The notes under the pieces: generated by a model | Told to the model about the DNA's origin: nothing | The model's input: the letters and a program-made list of their open reading frames with translations, nothing else | Database searches by the model: none | In this document: in pieces, positions 52,161-62,372 of the stretch | How the letters are laid out: each line of letters begins with the position of its first letter | Position numbering within the stretch: position 1 is the first letter of the stretch | Made by a program: the position numbers and the translations under genes | Assembly (NCBI RefSeq): GCF_026571515.1 | Contig: NW_026864113.1 | Location: forward strand, 1 to 64,000 | Direction: 5' to 3' | DNA from: Ruditapes philippinarum | Taxonomy: Eukaryota | DNA length: 64,000 nt

Positions 52161-52546
52161 TGTCATGTGGTCGATATTCGTGTTTTTGAATATCGTTTTC
52201 ATGTATCATTTTGTCCTTGTATTTGTATATATATCTCTTGTATTTGTCTGTTTACAGTCCGATATACAATCCATTATCCCATATCATCCCTATATCATTC
52301 CATTTCATCATCTCATTATAACAACTAATTTCTCATATTTCATTTTGACATTATTTGCATGCCGGGCCTCAGTTTTTACAAACTTCCCGGAAAATCCACC
52401 TCACGCATGCGCACTTTGATATAAATATTTCCTTGGTTTGCGCCAGAAATTGTTGTCTTATTTATTTATTTATTTATCAAGGCGTATGTTTATGTCCTTA
52501 CAGGCATAAACAGACCATTCATACATTAGAAAAGGACCATACGACA
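52161..52546 (+). repeat. 5' LTR (386 bp)
   Basis: TGTCATGTGG...CATACGACA, near-identical to 60,536-60,923. TATAAATA at 52,420-27. Confidence 0.97.
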
Positions 52547-52547
52547 T

Positions 52548-52562
52548 TGGTGGCCAGTGTGG
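52548..52562 (+). promoter_or_regulatory. Primer-binding site
   Basis: TGGTGGCCAGTGTGG starts one base after the LTR. It is complementary to a tRNA ending ...CUGGCCACCA (Ile-like is an inference). Confidence 0.75.
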
Positions 52563-54809
52563 ATTTTTATGTTTGGATTGGTATTTTTCATGGTACGAAT
52601 TTATTTGGGACGAAACAACGAACACAGAACAGTGACGTAGGGAATTCCCAACTACAGCCAATCAGAACGGCTTTTATATTTTTGGTTTACTTCCGGTGAC
52701 CGGGTACTCCCGAGGAATTCCTTCAAAACAAACAAAAGTTTCAACTAGTTATTTTTCTATTTCTTTTAAAGAGCTCAAACATTTAATTAATTAAAGGTAC
52801 TTATTCTTATTTATATATCAACGTTGGATCATTCACTTCTTCGGACCATTTAGACTACAGCAATATATTTCTGGACTTTGAACATTTGTAAACAAACAGT
52901 GTAATTTGTAAATTCTTTAAATTCAGTGTTTACATATTTTTGATAAGTGTCTTTTTCAATTTAATTAGTATCAAGTGCCATTTTATTGTTATATTGTAAA
53001 ATGTAGATCTGGGTTGATTTTTTCATTTATCTATATTGAGTGGTGTAAAATCTTGATCAAGATCTACATGTGAAAATCAATTTTTGTTTTGAACCAGAGA
53101 TATACATGTATATTATTATTTGATTTTGTATATTTTAGGTTGAATTCCACAAAGCCTTGTACTTCAGGCTTCTGTAATATTGATTTTATCCTGTTGCTGG
53201 CTTTTTGAAGATTGACACAGACATGTAGACACAGCATTTAACTATCAGGTGGTTGGTGAGCTAACACTCTGTCTCTTTTATCTTTCATCTTGGTCTGAAT
53301 AACTAGTGTATTACACCTGTCCCTATTTGAAGTTAATTCCACCCAGTCTGGTATTGTCCATTTACTGTAATAAATCCTATATTACCCCAGATATTATATA
53401 TCCAACAGCTGAATTATTTCAAATCCTATATAAGCAGGATTTGCTTGAGTTTTGCCTGAAGTAAGCATGTAGATTGTATAGTTTAGCACTTATAATAATT
53501 TTTATTATATAGGAACAGATCATTGTAGTTAACTTGTGAGTAAATATAAATAAAGTATACAAGTAGGTTTGAAATATTTATTCTTTGGTTAGAATAAATT
53601 GTTCAACCCGGGCAGTTAAAATCAATTATATTTAAAATTCTGTAAACTTAAAATAGCATTTCATTTAAAATACTGCGACGGTATCATGTAGCCGGTAAAA
53701 AGATTTGAAGTGAAATATTTATTCTTTAATTAGAATAAATTGTTCATTTTTAAATCTTGTTATTTTTATACACAGTTTGTGAGAACCGACACTAAACTTC
53801 TTCTTCATTTTCGAATAGTGAAGTGTTTTGTGCAAATGGTAATATATTTTCTTATATAGAATTATTCTATATTTACAAGAATTTAACATATATACAAATA
53901 GCAAATCAATTGTTGCTATTGTATCACAGTTGAAAAATTGATAATTTGGGTTCTACTCATTTAGTTATTATAGAAAGTCTGTTTATAGGCATATTATTTT
54001 ACTTTATGAACTGAAAATTAAACGTTTTGCGTTGAAATAATTGTCTAAATCAGAAGACAGAAAATTTACACATTTATTTATTCCGGTTAGCTTTGTGTGT
54101 ACTTGTATTAAGTTGAGTCCGTGCCTGCAAGGAAATTTATAGATAATCTATATACATGTAAGTTAGGTCTTTGGGATTTTTTTTCTGATATTGTATAGAG
54201 TACTGGACTGAACATTGTTTGCAATACAGAATTCCTGCATATAATTTCACAAGCCTGTGTGTCTCTTGCAATTACCATAAATTAGTTGAAATTTATATAT
54301 TATAGCAAGTAACTGAACAAGTGTCTGTGCATTTCACAATATAATTGTATAGACTTGTTACCTGTAACTTGACAATCTTAGGTGTTTGTTATTTATTTAG
54401 TAAGTTAAGCACTGAATATTATTCAGTTGAATTTAATACTGCTTTATAATAGAGACTGAATATCAGTGTTATTAGATCTATTGTTTTACAAACTTTGATC
54501 TAATTTACTGTATCTGGTACATATATTATTCAGGTGACCTTGAAATTGTGTGTAATGTATGGTGCACTGTGTGGGCCATAATTTGAATAAAGTTGATTGA
54601 TTATTTTCAAGTCTTTGTGTTTTTCTCTCGAAATAAAATTGTTTTATTTCTATTGTTTGTTTTTTATTACATCTATATAGACCTAAACTGGTTACTGATG
54701 TAAATCATTTTTTTTAGTGTATGGTGTATAATTTGGGCCATTTGAAATCCTGAATTTTAAGTCACGTTTTTTTTTTTTGGTCCAATCCATTTTTTTTTTT
54801 TTTCTCATC

Positions 54810-55970
54810 ATGGCGGATGGTACAACTCAGTCCTTAGACTATTCAGATGCAGATCTGGAATTTTTTGCTAGACAGTTACAAAAATCTGGTAAGTTTCAAG
54901 TTAATGCAATGGCAAGTACACCTCATACAGTACACTCAAGTCATACATTTAATGTTACACCTACTCCTATACGGGAACATATCAGCAGAACAAGTACACA
55001 TCAGGTTCACTTTCCTCCACCTATTTATAGCATTCCTCCACCCATGCCTAACCCTCAACCATACTTGTCTTTTGTGACAAATAGGGACTTGGTACATGCC
55101 CGTATCCCTGAGTTACCTTCTTTTTCAGGAGATGGGAAATACAACTCGTCAATGTTCGAGATATGGCGCTATGATGTCAATTGTGTCATTGATGAGGGTA
55201 ATTATCCACCATTTATTATCAGGGAGGCCATTCGTAAATCTTTGAAAGGCAGTGCCAGAGGTGTTCTTTTGCATTTAGGTGAAAATGCCACTGTTCCTGA
55301 GATCTTGAATGAGTTAGATGGCATTTATGGTAATGTTCATTCAACTGAAAGGTTGAAGGAACAGTTTTATAATGAACAGCAGAGGGTGGATGAGTCTGTT
55401 GCTGACTATAGTTTGCGTCTGGAGAGGTTGCTCAGCAGGATACCATGCAATCTTTATAGGATGTCCAAGGATGAGATGCTGCGGGGTAGGTTGTGGTCAG
55501 GCCTTCGTGATATAGAGCTTAAGAATGCCTCTCGATTTCTTTTTCAGAAGGACCTCAACTTCAATACTCTTCGAAAAGAGTTGAGAGCCATTGAGGAAGA
55601 CTTACGCTTGTCTCGGTTAGCCACTTCTCTCCCTCTTCCACCCAAGCAGGCAGCCCCTCAGGCCAATGTTTCTTTACCTTCTACTCCTAATGAGTCTGTT
55701 CCTGCACAGCAGTGTGTCACTACTGTAGATAGTAGACTTCTCCAGGAAATAAGGGCCCTTTCTAAGCAGATGGAAGGCATGGAGTCCAGGCTGTCTAGTA
55801 TGGAGAAGGAACTCAAGGGCTTGAAACAAGAGAGATCTTCCACTCAGGATGTCAAAGCCTCTGCCAGTCCTTTAAAACTACAGTCGACCTCCATCGCAGG
55901 GCAGATGAGAGGTCATACTTCCCCTTCTAATGACCCTGCTTTCTACATTTCCTCTAGTTGGCTCTTCTAA
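54810..55970 (+). CDS. gag: Gag, PNMA/Ma-like capsid (assembled ORF runs on into the start of pol)
   Basis: ATG at 54,810. LPSFSGD...FEIWRYDV...IRKSLKGSA...LDGIYG...QRVDESVADYSLRLE. C-terminal coiled coil; no CCHC knuckle seen. Confidence 0.88.
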   Translation: MADGTTQSLDYSDADLEFFARQLQKSGKFQVNAMASTPHTVHSSHTFNVTPTPIREHISRTSTHQVHFPPPIYSIPPPMPNPQPYLSFVTNRDLVHARIPELPSFSGDGKYNSSMFEIWRYDVNCVIDEGNYPPFIIREAIRKSLKGSARGVLLHLGENATVPEILNELDGIYGNVHSTERLKEQFYNEQQRVDESVADYSLRLERLLSRIPCNLYRMSKDEMLRGRLWSGLRDIELKNASRFLFQKDLNFNTLRKELRAIEEDLRLSRLATSLPLPPKQAAPQANVSLPSTPNESVPAQQCVTTVDSRLLQEIRALSKQMEGMESRLSSMEKELKGLKQERSSTQDVKASASPLKLQSTSIAGQMRGHTSPSNDPAFYISSSWLF

Positions 55971-58900
55971 TGAATCTGAAATTCTTATAAATGGTACTTC
56001 TACTATAGCTTTGATAGATACTGGCTCTATGATTTCATCTATTGGAATTTCATTCTTCAAATCTTTAAAGCCTCAGCCTGTCATGTCACAGTTGTCAGAT
56101 TTTATGTTGGATATTTCTTCTGCTAATGGTTCTAAGGTACCATATCTTGGATATTCAGTTCTTGATATTACTTTTCCTTCTCTTTCATCACAATCTTTTT
56201 CAGCTCCTATTCTGATTGTTCCAGACACAGAGTACTCCAGCAGAGTTCCTTTGATAATAGGCACCCAACATACTGAATGTTTTTGAAGTCATCAAGAACA
56301 GAATCAACATCATCTCCACTTTCAGACATCATATCTTCCTTGTCTGACATTTGTCACCAAACCTGTTACTCTTCTTTCATCATCAGACTGTCATTGTGAA
56401 GCCTTTTGAAACAACAACACTTGAGGGAAAGGTGAGACATATTGGCAACACATGTAATCTGGTGTTACAGAGTCTACTGATTCTCTTATGTTGAATGTGT
56501 CCCTAGATTGGTTAAATTTACAACCTGGTACTTCTTTTTGCAGGGTTCCAGTACGTGTTTGTAAACTTGACTGCTAGAGCTATTACCATTCATCCAAAGA
56601 ATGACTCTTTGTAACTTACATGATGTGTCTGTTGTTCGCACCATTGATCCTTCAGAGGGCGTTGCTGATAAATCCCACAATTCAGACAAGTCTCTTGATG
56701 ACCTTGGTATTTCTATTCCCACTGAAACTTTTAACTTCTGAACAGCAGGTTAAGGCAACTTCCTTCTTCAATCAGTGGAAACATATTTTCTCCTCTGGGC
56801 CTACTGATCTTGGTTCTACTGACTTGGTCGAACATGAAATCAATCTGTCTGATCCCACACCCTTTAAAGACCCTTATCGCCGAATACCACCAGGGATGTT
56901 TGAGGAGGTACGTGAGCATTTACGAGACATGATTTCCGCAGGAGCGATCCGTGAGTCCAAGAGTCCTTTTTCTCTAATGTTGTGTTTAGTAAAGAAAGAA
57001 GGACGGGTCTTTTTGCGTTTTTGTATCGATTACGCGGAAACTGTGACAATCAGGGGATGTCTTATGCCCCCTTCCTCGCATCGACGAAAACTAAGATTCT
57101 CTCATAGGTTCCACTATTTTCTCATAAGCTCGACCTACGCTCAGGTTACTGGGCAGGTCCCCAGTCAAAGAATCTGATAAGCAAAAGACTGCCTTTAGTG
57201 TTGGGCCTCTCCGGATTCTATGAGTGCAACAGGAATGGCTTTTGGTCTTACCAATGCCCTGCAACGTTTCAGCGTCTGATGGAGCGTTGTATGGGCGAAC
57301 TTCACCTTTGTGACTGCTTTTGATTTATCTTGATGACATTATCATCTTTCTGATTCTATTGGATATCATTTCCGTCGCCTTCAGTCTATTTCTTTCAACG
57401 TCTTGAGATGCACAATCTTAATACTAAAGGGTCCAAGTGTGAATTCTTTAGAAGCCGCAAGTCCAGTATTTGGGGTCAATTGTTAGTGCTGATGGTGTGA
57501 AGACGATCCTGAGAAGATTGAAGCACTCAAGACATATCCTGTCCTAAATTGCCTTAAGGAGTTGCGTAGCTTTTTAGGTTTTCTCAGGTTATTAACAGGA
57601 GGTTCATTAAAGACTACGCCACAGGATCGCCAAACCTTTGAATGACCTTCTTATTGTATTCTCCACTGCAAAAGTTTCTTTCTAAAGAAATCTAAAGTTC
57701 CTTTCAATGTTGGGGTGCAGATCAGCAGAATCTTTTGTTCTTTGATAGATAAACTTTCTTCTCCTCTCAGTCTTAGCTTTTGGCCTGACTAACAATAAAC
57801 CATTCATTCTTAATAGTTGATTGGCAGTACTAGCGTTTTTGGGAGCGGGTCTTTACCCAGGTTTGGGTGCTGGATGGTAAGGAGCCATGTTATTTCCTAT
57901 GCCCAGTAGGGGTTTGGAGAGCAGGAGAAAGACATATCTGCTCACAAACAGATTCTTGGGCTCTTTAAGTGGTCCTGTCTGTGAATAAGTTCATGATTAC
58001 TCTATGGTATTCTGTGGAAAGGTTAGACAGACAATAACCCAACTTACTATGTGTTTTCAATCTGCCGAAGCTTGGATGCACCAGTTCACAGGTGGTTATC
58101 CCCTTGTCTGCCTTAGTCGACATCAACTTGCGGTAGCAGAGCTGGTAAAGAGAACATCGACGGGGGCCCGGATAACCCCTGTCTAGAATTCTTCGCTTCT
58201 TCCTCTCCTGATTCTAACATTCTCCTTTCAAGATGCTGTAAGGCCTCCTTTCTCTGTTTTACATAAATCTGAAGGGTCCAGGTCAACTTCCAGCCGGGGT
58301 AGAATGTATTTCTTTTTAACCAAATGTTCTTTCTCTTAATCCAGAGACGAGGATCGAAGTCGGGGAAGCAGCCTTAAGTTTATTGATTGGAAGAAGGAGC
58401 AGGCAAGATGATCCAACACTTTCCGTTTAGTTAACTCTTTGAAATTGGTCATAGGTTAACTGAAGCGCAAAAGTCCAGCCATGAAAGGCAAGGTTCGGAT
58501 CGGGTTTCCTGGAAGGAAATGGAGCAACTTTAACTTTAAGGATTCAATTCTTACCGTAAAGGTACTTCAAATGGTTATCGCTGTTACTCAGCTTGTTCTC
58601 GCCTGAACATATGCTTGATTTCAGCTTCTCAGGGTTTGGCATGATGAAGGCAGGGGACACTCAAGGTTGTACAGAACGATTTCCTTGGTTCCGTTCACGT
58701 TTTCCCCTTTTGGCCTCAGTTAGAGGCAGTATATCGAACACAGGGGTTCGAAACTGCCCCCAGATGTTATCCGGAGAAAGTCATTTGGATGGCTGCTAAG
58801 CGTTAAATCCTATTCAGTCGAGTTATCCAATGGAAATTGTCTGTATGGATTTTCTTTCTCTGGAGATGTCTCGGGGTGGTTATGAAAACATCTTGATCAT

Positions 58901-60059
58901 TACTGATATTCATCGTTTTGCTCAGGCTATCCCTGCAAGAACCAAACTGCACATACTACCGCTAACTTCTCTTTGAAAATTTCGTTTGTCACTATGGTTT
59001 TCTAGTCGGTTCCATAGTGATCAAGAGCGAAAATTTTGAAAGTGAAGTTATCCGGGGTTGTGCAAGTGGCCAATATTACCAGGACTACTCGTATCCATCC
59101 ACAGGGTAATGGGATGCCTGAGCGGCTTTAACGAAAACCCTCTTGAAAGTTGGGGACCCTAGAAGATGACAAAGAAGGTCAATTGAAGTCCCATGTTCAC
59201 GCTCTTGTCCATGCCTATTAACTCTACTCCCCATTCTTCTACTGGTTATTCTCCCCACTTCCTCATGTTTGGTCGCCACCCTAGGCTTGCCATCGATGCG
59301 TTTCTTGGCATCGAACCAGACAAATCTCCTGTCAAGGACCATTCTTACGTCTCCGGTCTCCAGAACAGACTCAAATTTGCATATTCTGTTGCACTCCGAG
59401 AGGCCAAGAAACAAGGCAAGAAACATAAAAGGTACTATGACCTCCGTGTGAGAGAAGCGGAATTGAAGCCCGGGGATCGAGTACTGGTCCGAAATGTAGG
59501 TGTTAGGGGAAAATCCAAACTTGCCGATAGATGGAGAGAGGATGTTTACACCATTTCTTAGCCAGCCCACCTCTGGAATTCCCATCTATGAGGTGAAGAA
59601 GGAGAACAGCAAGGAAAGGTCCAGGGTTTTGCACAGGAACCTTTTACTTCCTTTATGGGATGCCCTTTGTGTAAAACAACTGAGTCTTATACAAGCCAGC
59701 TTCCTCTGACTTACATTCGGATCAGAACTCTTTCTCCAATCCCTCCTCTGATATTTCCCATTACAGCTCCGTTAGATTCAAATCCCTCACTTACATCAAG
59801 TCCATCAAATGTTTCACAAAGCAATTCTTCCACAATACATGATTCTAACAATTGTATGTCAACTTCTTTTACAGGAACATCAAACAGCAAACAAGATGCC
59901 ACGTCAACAAATAAAACATCTTATTCTATTACAGGTTCTAAATATGTCATTCCTGCACTGAGAAATCCATCTAAGGAGAACAACAACAATTTACAGAGGC
60001 AGAAGCGTACTAGAAAGAAACCCGGATGGATGCTAAATGACAACTGGAAATTAGATTAA
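55872..60059 (+). pseudogene. pol: Pol (protease, RT, RNase H, integrase), heavily frameshifted as assembled
   Basis: ALIDTGSMIS; HEINLSDPTPFKDPYRRIPP; LRFCIDY; IYLDDII (~57,325); GGYENILIITD; HSDQ; MFGRHPRLAID; LKPGDRVLVRN...KLADRW. Confidence 0.92.
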
Positions 60060-60521
60060 TGCTTTTCTTTATAGTCTAGGTGTGTTTCAACTTTGAAGCT
60101 AGGCGTTGCTTAGTACCTGATGTGTTTCGTTTTATGTTTTATACCATGTACCATATATTTTACCTTGATAATTTATAAATGTACTTTACAGTACTTTAGA
60201 AATAAAGGATTTATTGTTGAGAGTGCACCTCTTCAATGAATTCACAGTTCTACTGATAAATTAAAATTTTGTTTCCGCGTGACATATATTTTTTCGCGAT
60301 TCGCGGCATACGGTATTTTTTGTGGAACATGGCTTGAGTTTAAGGTATTTTGCCCGGGTATTATATATTTACTCACAGGTTGTAATTGCCTTAAGTATTT
60401 AGATTTAGTTATGTAGTACCCCTAGTAGTTTAGTTACTTTATGGTCTAAGCTTACTACTTGCAATGTCTGATTCAAGCTCTTCCTCTTTAATATTTTATG
60501 AATGTCGGGGCGACATTCCCC

Positions 60522-60535
60522 AAAGTGAGGAAGTA
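60522..60535 (+). promoter_or_regulatory. Polypurine tract
   Basis: AAAGTGAGGAAGTA lies immediately before the 3' LTR. Confidence 0.75.
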
Positions 60536-60923
60536 TGTCATGTGGTCGATATTCGTGTTTTTGAATATCGTTTTCATGTATCATTTTGTCCTTGTATTTG
60601 TATATATATCTCTTGTATTTGTCTGTTTACAGTCCGATATACAATCCATTATCCATATCATCCCTATATCATCGTCCATTTCATCATCTCATTATAACAA
60701 ACTAATTTCTCATATTTCATTTTGACATTATTTGCATGCCGGGCCTCAGTTTTTACAAACTTCCCGGAAAATCCACCTCACGCATGCGCACTTTGATATA
60801 AATATTTCCTTGGTTTGCGCCAGAAATTGTTGTCTTATTTATTTATTTATTTATCAAGGCGTATGTTTATGTCCTTACAGGCATAAACAGACCATTCATA
60901 CATTAGAAAAGGACCATACGACA
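60536..60923 (+). repeat. 3' LTR (388 bp)
   Basis: Differs from the 5' LTR by four small indels as far as I can see. Confidence 0.97.
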
Positions 60924-60927
60924 GGTT

Positions 60928-62372
60928 CAAGACTTTGTAACTTTTATTAAATAACTCCTAACAGTGTGGACTTCTGGATTGGTATTATTTATGTCAACAT
61001 GTGATGAAAGCACTTTATTATATACCCTTATAATTTGCAGTGATTGAAAAAAAAAATATTTGGAGATAGACCAAAAATCTTTATTTTTAGATAAAAACAT
61101 TACTCTAAAAATGAGTTTGCGGAGATATGACAAAGTAAGGCTGAAATTGTAAATACTTTTTGAGTTAGCATTTTTAAGAGTAATAAATTTACTATAGAAT
61201 ATTAGTAGATTTTTATATTCTAAAGAACATTTTAAGCCAGAGTGGTTGAACCGCTGACACTGAATCACTTTATCTTTGTAAATTACTATGTCAAAGTGTA
61301 AATTCATTCACGTGATCTCTAACTTGGGCCTTTCTCGATAATGACAATATATAGTGTGCCATAAAAAAAGGAAAACAAAATTTCACAAAATTTTTAATCA
61401 ATGAACTTGCTAAAACAAACTGACATATTTTGTACCATTATGAAAAATGAAATCATTGTAACCATCTCTAATATTTTAAATGAATACATATCCTAATTAT
61501 ATTAACAAGAACACCTTTTTTAATTCACACAATTAAAGTCAATACCACATGCATTTATACCGCCTCCCAAAGTCTCAAGTATTGTTGGTGGTTTAATATC
61601 AGCGTATGAAAAAATATCTGCTCAAGTTCTTAACAATCTTTCAAGATTGCAAAATCGTCGTTTTCAAGATTTTACATCCAGTGAATTTTGCGATCTCCCA
61701 TTTTGGTGTTTGTCGCACAACGTAGATACTGGACATTCTAATAATATCGTCCATGAACAGGCTAAATCAAACCGAGCCGGCAACATTTTAGATCATGCCG
61801 TATTGTGCTTTAAGAATTCTGCTATCATCTAATAAATATAATCATTGATGACCCGGAGAACACTGAAACTCGCATGCAAACTTAAAATCTATGTTTGGAC
61901 AAGACAGTGGTATTCCAATCCTATTGGAATGTTAAATATCTAAATCTTTTTTGAATATTTTAAGACTTGAAACAATGATTTATCTGATGACAAGTCAAAA
62001 TTTCCCCACAGACTTGATGTTGTTGATATAAAATTCCATAGTTTTGTGGAAGTTCTGCTAACTGCAGTCACAAGTTCTAAGAGACAACATTTCTGTAAGG
62101 ACAACGTCTGATAATATAAGTAAGTCTGACCTGAAATGGACAAAATAATAACATTAACAATTAAACAACAACAATGTTCGATACTCCAAATAGTTCCAAA
62201 TAGTTCATACGAATATCCGAATATGGCTATCCGAAATTATGTGATTGTCAAATTTTGAGAAATATATATAAAAGAATCATAATACGATGAAAAAAATACT
62301 AATGCAAAATATTAATTCACTTATAAAACGTATAAAAGCTAAAATATATTACTTACATTCTTCAGAAATCAT
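60928..62372 (-). pseudogene. F-box / leucine-rich-repeat (FBXL-like) pseudogene inside the TIR element
   Basis: After an acceptor (TTTCAG|62,130): SDLLILSDVVLTEMLS / LELVTAVSRTSTKLWNFISTTSSLWGNFDLS, an F-box pattern with one frameshift. LRR-like LENDDFAILKDC*ELEQI (~61,660-61,610) and LSYLRKLIFR. Candidate first exon ATGATTTCTGAAGAAT|GTAAGT at 62,372-62,357. Confidence 0.6.

Larger units (their letters stand above)
52161..60923 (+). mobile_element. Full-length Ty3/Gypsy LTR retrotransposon (8,763 bp)
   Basis: TG...CA LTRs, GGTT TSD (52,157-60 and 60,924-27), PBS, PPT and gag-PR-RT-RH-IN order. Confidence 0.97.

Noticed and set aside
59085-59585. 166-aa minus-strand ORF
   Set aside because: Antisense shadow of the integrase coding region.
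52161-60923. Identity with the bivalve Steamer element
   Set aside because: Steamer has short LTRs, a 5-bp TSD and a compact single ORF. This element has ~387-bp LTRs, a 4-bp TSD, a long leader and a PNMA-like gag.
52165-60950. Short ORFs in the LTRs and PPT region (52165, 52355, 60464, 60498, 60732), possible env
   Set aside because: LTR sequence whose frames differ between the two LTRs. There is no room or motif for env between the pol stop (60,059) and the PPT.
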